Source of the DNA: Candidatus Melainabacteria bacterium
Lineage (GTDB): Bacteria; Cyanobacteriota; Vampirovibrionia; Obscuribacterales; Obscuribacteraceae
Assembly: GCA_963845445.1 (NCBI GenBank)
Contig: CAWJSE010000001.1
Span: 6,684-70,683 of the forward strand
Direction: 5' to 3'
Length of the DNA stretch: 64,000 nt
The position numbers and the translations under genes are program-made. Under the pieces are notes generated by a model. That model did no database searches. It was not told where the DNA came from and was given only the letters and a program-made list of their open reading frames with translations. Positions 22,596 to 32,108 of the stretch are shown here, piece after piece; position 1 is the stretch's first letter; each line of letters starts with the position of its first letter.

Positions 22596-22696
22596 TTTTA
22601 CTGACGATTATCCAGCAATCTATTAATAGCTAATAAGGATAACCGAAAGTCCGTTTTTTGGGCAGCTTGCCTTGAGCAAAAGAGTAAAACAGTCCT

Positions 22697-23863
22697 TCAC
22701 TTGGCAGCCATTTTGTTAGGTCTTTTTGTCATAAGACGAGAAGAGGCAAATGCTGTCAGCGGAATAGTCAAAATCAGACCCAGCCCGCCACTTAAGGCTG
22801 AAGCTATTTCGGTAGCCAATAAATCCAGATTAACTAACTTATTAACTGGCATTTGACTGACCAATAATAATAAGGGTAAAGCACTACCAGTATAGGCAAG
22901 AATAAGGGTATTGGTCATTGTACCCATGATATCTCGTCCAATATTCATGCCAGATTTATAAAGTTCTACTGCTGTAAGTTCTTTATTCACTCTTGCCATT
23001 TCGTAAACAGAAGAGGCAATCGATATCGCCACATCCATAATTACACCCAAAGCTCCTATAAGCATACCTGCCGCTAAAAGTCCTCTATAGAAAGCTGGCT
23101 TTTGTCCTGCGATAAGCATAGAACCACGCAAGATCTGTGCCTCTTCGCTAGACAAGCCAGTTAATGGCGCATATTTAATCACCAGCGATGCGACGATGCC
23201 TGCAATCAAAACGCCACCAACAGTGCCAAGGATAGCAGCCGCTGCCTTACGCGTTAGCCCGCAAATAAACAACATGCTCGCAACAGTGGCAATAAAGCAA
23301 ATGCAGATAGCAGTGATCAATGGGTAAACGCCAGCAATGCTCAAAGGCAATAGAACATAGGCAATTAGTAGGACGGTTATTACCAATCCGGCTAATGCTT
23401 TTAAACCTGTTTTTCCCCCTAGGATTAGAAACACCGCTAGAAAAATCAATAGCAAAGCGTATATTGCAGGCGCCCGATGATAGTCTGAAATATTGACTTC
23501 TGGCTTATTTCCTGATGAAGTTATAGAAAGAATTACTTCGGCATTAGGTTTGAGATCTATGTTGTAGGCGGGATTATCGGTGATCTCGTTAGTGACACTA
23601 GTCACTAAATTCTTATAGTCCCCTTCGAGCACTTTCACTTTGGCAGTTTGCTGTTTACTGACCAAACCCGCACCATTCAACAAACTGCTGTTAATGGTTG
23701 GCTCTGTAACACTTAAAACTCTACCGACAACAAAGTCTTCTTTAAAATTGATAGCTTGCTCTTGGGAGGCTGATGATTTTGAATCTGGAGAAATTGCTTG
23801 TGCCGGCGAGTGTGAAATCCAAAAAACGGCAAGAAGAAAGAATAAAAGTGTAATTGATTGCAC
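22697..23863 (-). CDS. YibE/F-family membrane protein
   Basis: Signal/anchor, extracytoplasmic N-domain, then multiple TM helices with GRDIMGTMTNTLILAYTGSALPLLLL, as I recall for YibE/F. Confidence 0.65.
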   Translation of the reverse strand: MQSITLLFFLLAVFWISHSPAQAISPDSKSSASQEQAINFKEDFVVGRVLSVTEPTINSSLLNGAGLVSKQQTAKVKVLEGDYKNLVTSVTNEITDNPAYNIDLKPNAEVILSITSSGNKPEVNISDYHRAPAIYALLLIFLAVFLILGGKTGLKALAGLVITVLLIAYVLLPLSIAGVYPLITAICICFIATVASMLFICGLTRKAAAAILGTVGGVLIAGIVASLVIKYAPLTGLSSEEAQILRGSMLIAGQKPAFYRGLLAAGMLIGALGVIMDVAISIASSVYEMARVNKELTAVELYKSGMNIGRDIMGTMTNTLILAYTGSALPLLLLVSQMPVNKLVNLDLLATEIASALSGGLGLILTIPLTAFASSRLMTKRPNKMAAK

Positions 23864-23866
23864 TTA

Positions 23867-25039
23867 TTAAATATCCTGTTCGCTCGGCATGTCCGAAAAA
23901 AATAACAATTGTGATCCGTCAGATTTAAGCTCTCTATTCATATGTCTATAAGCCATGGGAGTAGCTACTCTGCCTCGAGCTGTACGTTGCAGAAATCCTT
24001 GCTGAATAAGAAATGGCTCGCAAACCTCTTCTACAGTTGCACTGTCTTCGCCTAGGGTGGCGGCCAATGTTTCCAGTCCAGCCGGACCGCCGTCATATTG
24101 GTCAATCAAAATTTCCAAAAGTTTTCGATCGGTTAGATCTAGACCCAATTCATCGACTTGATAAATGTTCAAAGCCTCTTCGGTTAAAGCCGATGTTAAC
24201 GTTTGGAAACCTTTGTATTGGCCATAATCTCTCACCAAGCGAATAAGCCGGTTGGCTATCCGAGGGGTACCGCGGGCACGAATAGCGATCAATTTTACCG
24301 CTGCATCCTCAAGGCTCAAATTCATTAGTGACGCGCTGCGGCTAATAATTTCCCCCAATTCTTCTTGCGTATAAAACTCTAAACGACAAATAAAACCAAA
24401 GCGATCACGCAAAGCATTGGCAATTGATCCGGCCTTGGTGGTGGCCCCTACCAAAGTAAACTTTGGTAAAGGTAAGCGCATTGTACGCGTAGCAGCTCCT
24501 TTACCGGCATTGAGATCAATTACAAAGTCTTCTAGCGCCGGATAAAGCAATTCCTCGGCCACGCGACTTAAACGATGAATTTCATCTATAAACAACACAT
24601 CATTTTGCTGCAATTGATGAACCAATCCAAGTATATCTCTCGGACGTTCAAAAGCAGGTCCGGAAGTGGCATACATACGCGCTCCCATTTCATTAGCGAC
24701 TATGCGAGCCAAAGTAGTTTTACCTAAGCCTGGGGGGCCATAGAAAAGTACATGATCCAAGGCGTCCCCACGAGCTTTAGCTGCTTTAATGGAAACGTTA
24801 AGCCATTCTTTTAACTTTTCTTGACCAATATATTCATGCAGAGATTTTGGTCTTAAGCTGGATTCAACAGCCTTGTCCCCTGGGTTTTCTTGGGACGAAA
24901 GCACAGTTTGGCGAGTACGCTTAAGCTCACCTTTGGATTCAGTATCTTTTATAGATTTTATTTCAGTAGATTTTAAAGAATCAGGCGAACTTTCAGCCGA
25001 TTCTTGGTTTTTGTCCTGTTCGTTCGGCACAATAGTCAT
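23867..25039 (-). CDS. ruvB: Holliday junction branch migration helicase RuvB (with an N-terminal extension of about 60 aa)
   Basis: LRPKSLHEYIGQEKLKE, Walker A GPPGLGKTTLA, LFIDEIHRL, and C-terminal winged helix LGLDLTDRKLLE. Confidence 0.95.
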   Translation of the reverse strand: MTIVPNEQDKNQESAESSPDSLKSTEIKSIKDTESKGELKRTRQTVLSSQENPGDKAVESSLRPKSLHEYIGQEKLKEWLNVSIKAAKARGDALDHVLFYGPPGLGKTTLARIVANEMGARMYATSGPAFERPRDILGLVHQLQQNDVLFIDEIHRLSRVAEELLYPALEDFVIDLNAGKGAATRTMRLPLPKFTLVGATTKAGSIANALRDRFGFICRLEFYTQEELGEIISRSASLMNLSLEDAAVKLIAIRARGTPRIANRLIRLVRDYGQYKGFQTLTSALTEEALNIYQVDELGLDLTDRKLLEILIDQYDGGPAGLETLAATLGEDSATVEEVCEPFLIQQGFLQRTARGRVATPMAYRHMNRELKSDGSQLLFFSDMPSEQDI

Positions 25040-25198
25040 GTTTACTATTATCGCAAAGCTTTATGTGTTTAGTTGCGACAAATTATTTGATGAAAAGAAC
25101 TCAAGGTGCAATCGATAAATAATCAGTCATAATGTTCTTTGCATCCAGACCATTAGAGTAAAATTTAATATAGCACTTGAGAATCAAGGTCAACAAAA

Positions 25199-26206
25199 TT
25201 GGCAGTTCTGACCACAGCTAAAACTAAAGAAAAAGCAAAAACAATTGCAAGCAAGAGCTTGAGTGTTGTCATACCTGTTTTCAATGAAGAAGACAATATC
25301 GAAGCCTTATGCAGCAAAACCATTTCGTCCTTAAATCAGTTGGGACATCCTTGGGAGATTATTTTTATAGATGACGGCTCGACTGATACTTCTTACGAAA
25401 AGCTAGAGGAAATTGCCTACGGCCAGTCGAGTTTAAAAGTAATCCGTTTTGTACGTAACTTTGGTCAAACAGCTGCCTTAGCTGCTGGTATTGATTTTGC
25501 CAAGGGAGAAATCATCATTCCCATGGATGCAGACTTACAAAACGATCCTGCTGATATAGGCAAACTTTTAGACAAACTAGACGAAGGTTATGATGTGGTT
25601 AGTGGTTGGCGAAAAGAGCGCCATGATGAATTCATAACCAGATTAATCCCTTCCTGGGTAGCTAACAAAATTATATCTATAATCAGCGGCGTTCAATTGC
25701 ACGACTATGGCTGTTCATTAAAAGTTTATCGTAGGGAAGTGATACAGGACGTCAAACTCTACGGTGAAATGCATCGCTTTGTGCCTATCTATGCCAGCTG
25801 GGAAGGCGCCAAAGTTACTGAAATACCTATCACGCACTATGCACGCCGCTTCGGAAAATCTAAATATGGCATATCGCGTACATTTAAAGTTGTATTAGAT
25901 ATGTTTACAGTAAAATTCCTGTCTAGTTATTTTACTAAACCGATATATGTTTTTGGCATGGCAGGATTTCTCTGTCTAGGAATATCGCTGGCTGCTTTTG
26001 CCTGGATGGTAGTGCTCAAGTATTTCTATAACACCACGTTTGTAGAAACTCCCCTACCGATTCTGGTAGCCATGTTTTTTGTTGTTAGTATTCAATTTAT
26101 GCTTATGGGTATTTTGGCAGAAATTATGATGCGCACATACCATGAATCGCAAAACAAACGAATCTATAAGGTCAAATCGGCTTTAAATACCGATAGCCAA
26201 ATATAA
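25199..26206 (+). CDS. GT2 polyprenyl-phosphate glycosyltransferase (ArnC/GtrB/DPM1-like)
   Basis: VVIPVFNEE, FIDDGSTD, MDADLQNDP, then two C-terminal TM helices; TTG start. Confidence 0.85.
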   Translation: MAVLTTAKTKEKAKTIASKSLSVVIPVFNEEDNIEALCSKTISSLNQLGHPWEIIFIDDGSTDTSYEKLEEIAYGQSSLKVIRFVRNFGQTAALAAGIDFAKGEIIIPMDADLQNDPADIGKLLDKLDEGYDVVSGWRKERHDEFITRLIPSWVANKIISIISGVQLHDYGCSLKVYRREVIQDVKLYGEMHRFVPIYASWEGAKVTEIPITHYARRFGKSKYGISRTFKVVLDMFTVKFLSSYFTKPIYVFGMAGFLCLGISLAAFAWMVVLKYFYNTTFVETPLPILVAMFFVVSIQFMLMGILAEIMMRTYHESQNKRIYKVKSALNTDSQI

Positions 26207-26250
26207 ACAGTCGGGTACTAAAAATGTTTAGTTTTGAGCTAGACTGATTC

Positions 26251-28431
26251 TTGATTAGCAAGGAAAGTCAATTGAAAAAACTATCGCCCTCTAATATCGA
26301 AAAAAATAATATCAGCCAGAATAACGCCCCCCATAAAATTTCCCAAGCCTTAGACTGGGAGGAGGATGTACTGCCTTCCGGCCAGAAATTGTTAATCTGG
26401 ATTTTGACCTGTTTTATAGGTATGTCTGGCTTAATTTTTTGCTTTGTTACCCAGCCCTTGTTCTATCCAGAATCAAAAATTGGTGATATTGCAAACCAAG
26501 ATTTAAAGGCCACAAAAAATGTTCAAATGGAGGACGAAGAAGCAACAAAACAAGCACGCTTAAAGGCTAGAAATTCAGTTGTGCCAATTTTCAAACCTGC
26601 CAAAGTGCAGTATGAAAAATTTGCACAAGATATACAAGCCGAATTAGACAATATAAAAATTCTACAGAGTAAATTGCATAGTGGCATGAAACATTCTCAA
26701 TCTACTGCCAATGACAGAGCAGCTGAGTACTATGAAGTTTATATTGCAGAAGCGGTTCCAGCCAAACAATTTGATACTTTTGCTGCTCAGCTCAGCCTGT
26801 GCGCTGAAAAGGTCAATAGAGCTTTGCCAAGATTTTCTGTTGAACACTCCTCCTTCTGGTATACTGCGGTGGAAGAATTTTTACCTGATAGCTGGAGCGC
26901 TGATTTAAAGAAGCAATCTGCATTTTTAATTTGTCGTTTCCTCAGCCCCAATCTTATGATTGATGAAGGTGCGACCCTCTTAAAAGCAGAACAATTAAAT
27001 ACAGCTGTGCAGCCAGTAATTCGACATGTAGCGCCAGGCACAGTACTGCTCAGAAAAGGTGAATTAGTCAGCGAAGATAATATCAAGCTTTTAGAAGCAG
27101 CTGGCGCCACTGGACAAACTCGTTGGCCGTTGATTTTTATGCTGGTATTATCCCTGGTAGCAAGTTGTACTTTAGTGGGAGTCTACCTCTATACCTTTAG
27201 GCGCCGATATCTATTTTCTTTACCCGCTTTAGGCCTAATCTTTACTACCAGCATTATTGTGTGTGCTCTGGCTTTCCCCTTAAGCAAAAACTTTCAACAT
27301 TTTATTCCATTGCCAGCCTTGGCATTGATTCTAACTATCTTTTTTGGGCGCTCGCTAGCCTTTATAGTCACCTTTCCTTTACTTATCCTACTCACTGTAG
27401 AAGGCACAATAAGTATCAATAATTTATTTGCTCTTGGCGCCGGCTGTTGCGCAGCAATAATATCTTATTCGAAGAAAAGACATGATTTAGTAGTTACTGG
27501 ATTGGTAGTGGGAATTGCACAGGCCATGGGATTTTTGGCTTCGCTCGCTTTTGCTCAACCCATTTCTGGCATTGCTGCACTAGGCAAGTTGGTGGTACTC
27601 GAATATATAGGAGGATTGGCATCTGCAATTATTTCAACTGGTAGTTTGCCATTTCTAGAAAACCTATTCGGTTTGCTTACTCCTTTCAGCCTGGCTGAAC
27701 TGACTAATGCTGAACAACCGTTGCTAAGAAAATTAGAAACACAAGCCCCTGGCACTTACCAGCATAGTCTGGCTGTAGCTAATTTAGCAGAAGCCGGAGC
27801 AAGAGCAATAGGCGCTGATGCCAATCTGGTTAGAGCAGGAGCTCTTTATCATGACCTGGGTAAATCAGCAGATCCAAAATATTTTATTGAAAATCAATTG
27901 GGTGAAAAAAATCCTCATGATGATATATCACCTGAAGAAAGTAGAGAAAAAGTACTCAATCATGTAAAAAATGGTATTGATTTGGCTGTAAAACACAATT
28001 TACCCAAGGCCATTAGAGATTTTATTCCCATGCATCAAGGCACCTCTTTAATGGCTTATTTTTATCATAAAGCTTGTGTGAGAGACGGTATAGATAATGT
28101 AGATCCGGAATTTTATCGTTATCCTGGTCCCAAACCACATTCAAAAGAGACAGCCATTGTTATGCTTGCGGATGTATCAGAAGCCGTTACCCACAGCATG
28201 GAGAATCCCAGTCAAGAAGAAGTTGATGAGGCTTTGACTAAAGTATTAGAGAATCGCTGGCAAGACGGACAATTGAATCAATCAACATTGACCTACAAAG
28301 AATTACAACAAGTTAAGAATGCTTTTGCCAAAGTCTGGCGGGATTTGCATCACTATAGACCAAAATACCCAACCACCACCACCGGACATATGCCTATGCC
28401 ACCGCAGCCGGTGACACCCCATAACACTTAA
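26251..28431 (+). CDS. 7TM-HD phosphohydrolase (PgpH/YqfF-like)
   Basis: Large extracytoplasmic N-domain, about 7 TM helices, then an HD domain (HSLAVANLAE...GALYHDLGK...MLADVSEA). Confidence 0.85.
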   Translation: MISKESQLKKLSPSNIEKNNISQNNAPHKISQALDWEEDVLPSGQKLLIWILTCFIGMSGLIFCFVTQPLFYPESKIGDIANQDLKATKNVQMEDEEATKQARLKARNSVVPIFKPAKVQYEKFAQDIQAELDNIKILQSKLHSGMKHSQSTANDRAAEYYEVYIAEAVPAKQFDTFAAQLSLCAEKVNRALPRFSVEHSSFWYTAVEEFLPDSWSADLKKQSAFLICRFLSPNLMIDEGATLLKAEQLNTAVQPVIRHVAPGTVLLRKGELVSEDNIKLLEAAGATGQTRWPLIFMLVLSLVASCTLVGVYLYTFRRRYLFSLPALGLIFTTSIIVCALAFPLSKNFQHFIPLPALALILTIFFGRSLAFIVTFPLLILLTVEGTISINNLFALGAGCCAAIISYSKKRHDLVVTGLVVGIAQAMGFLASLAFAQPISGIAALGKLVVLEYIGGLASAIISTGSLPFLENLFGLLTPFSLAELTNAEQPLLRKLETQAPGTYQHSLAVANLAEAGARAIGADANLVRAGALYHDLGKSADPKYFIENQLGEKNPHDDISPEESREKVLNHVKNGIDLAVKHNLPKAIRDFIPMHQGTSLMAYFYHKACVRDGIDNVDPEFYRYPGPKPHSKETAIVMLADVSEAVTHSMENPSQEEVDEALTKVLENRWQDGQLNQSTLTYKELQQVKNAFAKVWRDLHHYRPKYPTTTTGHMPMPPQPVTPHNT

Positions 28432-28474
28432 TTTCTAAGACGTAAGAATATTCTGTGAAGCCAATGATTCGACT

Positions 28475-29146
28475 TCAAGCTTGAGCCAAACCCAAATTGA
28501 AAGCCTTATCTTCCAGTAATTGGGATAAATGATGCATCTCACTAAAAATGTGGTGAGCACCTGCTTTAGATAGTTCTTCGGCAGCGAAAGTACCTGTATA
28601 AGCAAAAACTGTCATTCCTGCGCTAGCGCCAGCTTGCACGCCGGTGGGAGAATCTTCTATGACAGCGCATCTCGACTGCGGTACGCCCATCTGTTCTGCA
28701 GCATATAAATAAATATCTGGTGCCGGTTTTCCGTGCTTAACCTGCGACGCACTAAAAATGCCATTTTCAAAACGCGGCAGTAGATCAACAATTTTCAAAG
28801 CTGACTCGATCCATTCTTTATTACTACTTGATGCTACACATACTGGCTGAGTAATGCTTTCCAATGCCTGGTGAATTCCCTCTATAGGCAGCAGCTCCGC
28901 CTGGAATACTTGCAAAACACGACTTTGCAAACTGCTACCAAAGTCGGCTGACAGCGGCTTGCCAATGCGCTCTTCAATATAACGTTTATTAGTAGGGATT
29001 GATTTGCCAACGAAGGCACTGATCGCTTCATCGTGAGTCATTTTGAGTCCCAATTCAGCAAGCGCTTCGACTAGAATACGGCAAGATATTGGCTCACTGT
29101 TAATGAGTACTCCATCGCAATCGAAAATGATCAAATCAAATGACAT
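28475..29146 (-). CDS. HAD-IA hydrolase (beta-phosphoglucomutase/phosphatase-like)
   Basis: IIFDCDGVLINSE, ASSS, KHGKPAPDIY and IEDSPTGVQAG motifs I-IV. Confidence 0.8.
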   Translation of the reverse strand: MSFDLIIFDCDGVLINSEPISCRILVEALAELGLKMTHDEAISAFVGKSIPTNKRYIEERIGKPLSADFGSSLQSRVLQVFQAELLPIEGIHQALESITQPVCVASSSNKEWIESALKIVDLLPRFENGIFSASQVKHGKPAPDIYLYAAEQMGVPQSRCAVIEDSPTGVQAGASAGMTVFAYTGTFAAEELSKAGAHHIFSEMHHLSQLLEDKAFNLGLAQA

Positions 29147-29151
29147 ATTGG

Positions 29152-30939
29152 CTATGGTTTCTTTGGTCCTCGAGGATTTCGATTGAACCCGCTTCCTCTA
29201 GCCCCTCTGTTATCGCCAAATGTTCGCGGACCTCTTGATTGCGTACTATTTCCAAACGCTCTTGAACCTCTTGGATCTTTATTCTCTCCTTCTTCTTTGG
29301 GTTTTCTGGGTCCGCGATTATCTCCAAAGTTTCTTGGCCCTCTGGCGTCTCGGCTATCGCCACCTTCTCTCGGTTTTCTTGGACCTCTGTCATCTCCAAA
29401 GTTTCTTGGCCCTCTGGCGTCTCGGCTATCGCCGCCTTCTCTCGGTTTTCTTGGACCTCTATCATCTCCAAAGTTTCTTGGCCCTCTGGCGTCTCGGCTA
29501 TCGCCACCCTCTCTCGGTTTTCTTGGACCTCTGTCATCTCCAAAGTTTCTTGGCCCTCTGGCGTCTCGGCTATCGCCACCTTCTCTTGGTTTTCTTGGAC
29601 CGCGATTATCTCCAAAGTTTCTTGGCCCTCTGGCATTTCGACTATCGCCACCTTCTCTTGGTTTTCTTGGACCTCTATCATCTCCAAATGCTCGTGGTCC
29701 TCTGGCGTCTCGGCTATCGCCGCCTTCTCTCGGTTTTCTTGGACCTCTGTCATCTCCAAAGTTTCTTGGCCCTCTGGCATCTCGACTATCGCCACCTTCT
29801 CTTGGTTTTCTTGGACCTCTATCATCTCCAAATGCTCGTGGTCCTCTGGCATCTCGGCTATCGCCGCCCTCTCGTGGCTTTCTTGGTCCGCGATTATCTC
29901 CAAAGTTTCTTGGCCCTCTGGCATCTCGACTATCGCCACCTTCTTTTGGTTTTCTTGGACCTCTATCATCTCCAAATGCTCGTGGTCCTCTGGCATCTCG
30001 GCTATCGCCGCCCTCTCGTGGCTTTCTTGGTCCGCGATTATCTCCAAAGTTTCTTGGCCCTCTGGCATCTCGACTATCGCCACCTTCTCTTGGTTTTCTT
30101 GGACCTCTATCATCTCCAAATACTCGTGGTCCTCTGGCATCTCGGCTATCGCCGCCCTCTCGTGGCTTTCTTGGTCCGCGATTATCTCCAAAGTTTCTTG
30201 GCCCTCTGGCATCTCGACTATCGCCGCTTTCTCTTGGCACTCTTGAATTCGAAGCTTCTCTTCTACTTCCGGAATCTCTATTTCCGCTGGGGGCTCTTAA
30301 ATCTGCTGACTCTCTAGACCGGCGAGGACTCCCTGCTTCTCCAGCTGGTTGCAGACGTTCTCGAAGTTCTGTATTTTCTCTAGGCTCTCTGGGTTCTTTT
30401 TGCACGAAGAACGAAAAGGCCGACTGACCGTATGGACGGCATTCAAGTAATCTTAGATTTTTATCTTCAGGTTCAACCGACACATCTTTGCTATGTTCTA
30501 CTATCAGGAGTCCATCCACTTTCAAGAGCTTCTTTTCAGCAACCAGCTTGGTAACTAATTTACAGTGATCGCTCATATAGGGCGGATCTGCAAAAATGAT
30601 ATTGAATTGATCGGCATTCAAGCTACTAATGGCTTTGCGAAAGTCCGTATGGATAATCTTAGTTTTCTCTTCATATCCTAATTTTTCGGCATTTGTTCTT
30701 ATGGTATCAACACATACCAGGGTCTTCTCGACTGAGGTGAGGAAGCTAGCTCCACGACTGAGAGCCTCAAATCCGATCAGCCCGCTGCCAGCAAACAAAT
30801 CTAAAAAATTAGAATTTTCCACTAATTTGCCGAGAATATTGAATAATGCTTCACGCATCAACGAGCCCGTCGGGCGCACACCAGGATGGGCTGGTATATC
30901 AATTGAGCGTCCAGAAGCCTCACCGCCAGTAATTTTCAT
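29152..30939 (-). CDS. rsmD: 16S rRNA m2G966 methyltransferase RsmD fused to an Arg/Gly/Asp-rich repeat tail of about 400 aa
   Basis: N-terminal ~185 aa has MKITGGEASGRSI..P....RPT..LMREALFNIL, LDLFAGSGLIGFEALSRGA and FADPPY. The same frame stays open through 13 copies of GDSRDARGPR(N/A/V)FGD(N/D)RGPRKP(R/K)EG. Confidence 0.8.
   Translation of the reverse strand: MKITGGEASGRSIDIPAHPGVRPTGSLMREALFNILGKLVENSNFLDLFAGSGLIGFEALSRGASFLTSVEKTLVCVDTIRTNAEKLGYEEKTKIIHTDFRKAISSLNADQFNIIFADPPYMSDHCKLVTKLVAEKKLLKVDGLLIVEHSKDVSVEPEDKNLRLLECRPYGQSAFSFFVQKEPREPRENTELRERLQPAGEAGSPRRSRESADLRAPSGNRDSGSRREASNSRVPRESGDSRDARGPRNFGDNRGPRKPREGGDSRDARGPRVFGDDRGPRKPREGGDSRDARGPRNFGDNRGPRKPREGGDSRDARGPRAFGDDRGPRKPKEGGDSRDARGPRNFGDNRGPRKPREGGDSRDARGPRAFGDDRGPRKPREGGDSRDARGPRNFGDDRGPRKPREGGDSRDARGPRAFGDDRGPRKPREGGDSRNARGPRNFGDNRGPRKPREGGDSRDARGPRNFGDDRGPRKPREGGDSRDARGPRNFGDDRGPRKPREGGDSRDARGPRNFGDDRGPRKPREGGDSRDARGPRNFGDNRGPRKPKEEGENKDPRGSRAFGNSTQSRGPRTFGDNRGARGSGFNRNPRGPKKP
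29321..30235 (-). repeat. 72-bp tandem repeat, about 13 copies, inside rsmD
   Basis: The unit tctccaaagtttcttggccctctggcgtctcggctatcgccaccttctctcggttttcttggacctctgtca recurs head-to-tail with few substitutions. Two variants alternate in part of the array. Confidence 0.95.
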
Positions 30940-31078
30940 TTCTATATTCTCGCTACACGCACTTTCGACTGTAAACTGAAGCTGTTAATTGAGGATTAAG
31001 CTATCCTGAGCTGCTAAAGCCCATGGTAACATGTAAGGCTACCTGTAGTTTCTATGAATTCCTTATATAAAAAATAAA

Positions 31079-31396
31079 ATGAGGGAGTGAGGCGGCGGAT
31101 TAGAAACACAAGGCGTTGAGTTACGCCGCAGGGGATACGCGCGTTGTGGCGAACTAAGTGAAGCCGAGGCAGCGCTGAGTACGAAAGGAGAGGAAGCGAA
31201 GCAAGGAAAGGCGGTGAGCCTTCCGCAGGAGAGCGAATAAGGAAACGCGCGTTGAGCCAAGTGGAACGAAGGCGAGGCAGCGCTTTAAAAAAGGATGAGA
31301 TGAGGGAGTGGAACGTACGGCGCCGGTGAGGCGGCGGAAGAGAAACGAAGCAGGATACGCGCGTTGAGGCGAACCAAGTGAAGCCGAGGCAGCGCT
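31079..31396 (+). repeat. Three tandem copies of the GC-rich intergenic repeat family
   Basis: Units end in gaagccgaggcagcgct (31176), gaaggcgaggcagcgct (31275) and gaagccgaggcagcgct (31396). Units 1 and 3 start atgagggagtg and contain ggatacgcgcgttg.ggcgaac.aagtgaagccgaggcagcgct. The core matches 10638-10692. Confidence 0.85.
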
Positions 31397-31412
31397 TAAG
31401 AAAGGTGAAGAT

Positions 31413-32108
31413 TTGAGTGCTAGACAAATAGCTCGTGAGCTTGCTGTAATACTTTTGTCACAGCTACCGAAAAATACTAATAAGTTAGATAAAACAGAGT
31501 TAGACGAATTGGTCTCTAAAGCTGTAGTGATGCTTCATGAATATGCTAAAGAGAATTTAGCCGAAGTTGAAGGTTTATTGAGCAAAACGTATGGAGAGAT
31601 TACTGATATTGAGATTGAACATCCAACAAATGTCAGATCTATCGCTCAATTACTACCAGTAAAAGTAAATACAGAAGACATTAGAGACCAACTGGGTAAT
31701 CTTAAGCGAGCCTATAGTCTTGTAAACGAAGCTCTTGATATACCTCTTTTGGTCTTGCAAAGCCGCAGTGAAACAAAATCGGAAGTAAAAGACTTTCTTT
31801 TACGTTTGATCAATACCTACATAGAGCACCAAGAAGATATTGACAACTTCATCAAACAAGCGAGTACAAAATGGGAAGTGAGTCGTATGGTCAATATTGA
31901 CTTGGACATTTTACGTCTTGCTTGTGCTGAAGCCTTTTTTATGCCTGATATTCCAATTGCAGTAGCGATCAACGAAGCTGTAGAACTATGCCACCGATTC
32001 GCGGACGAAAAAGCAGCTAAATTCATAAATGGCGTACTAGCCGATTTGAGCGAAGAGGCTATTAAATTGAGAGAATGCGATGTCACAAGCAAGCAATCAA
32101 AAATCTAA
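31413..32108 (+). CDS. nusB: Transcription antitermination factor NusB (long form)
   Basis: ARQIARELAVILLSQL at the N-terminus and DLDILRLACAEAFFMPDIPIAVAINEAVELCHRFADEKAAKFINGVLADL at the C-terminus; TTG start. Confidence 0.8.
   Translation: MSARQIARELAVILLSQLPKNTNKLDKTELDELVSKAVVMLHEYAKENLAEVEGLLSKTYGEITDIEIEHPTNVRSIAQLLPVKVNTEDIRDQLGNLKRAYSLVNEALDIPLLVLQSRSETKSEVKDFLLRLINTYIEHQEDIDNFIKQASTKWEVSRMVNIDLDILRLACAEAFFMPDIPIAVAINEAVELCHRFADEKAAKFINGVLADLSEEAIKLRECDVTSKQSKI

Noticed and set aside
29136-30427. Long alternative-frame ORFs across the 72-bp repeat tract (29136-30212 minus; 29183-30427 and 29220-30317 plus)
   Set aside because: A stop-free periodic repeat keeps several frames open. 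Only the 29152-30939 frame is contiguous with a recognisable domain (RsmD). The others start inside the repeats and encode pure repeat peptides.
31014-31427. 137-aa minus-strand ORF, plus the nested ORF 31063-31260, spanning the rsmD/nusB intergenic region
   Set aside because: It is produced entirely by the GC-rich repeat units. The translation is low-complexity (runs of S/P/R/L/F), the repeat units are not in a consistent frame, and no start context or known motif is present.
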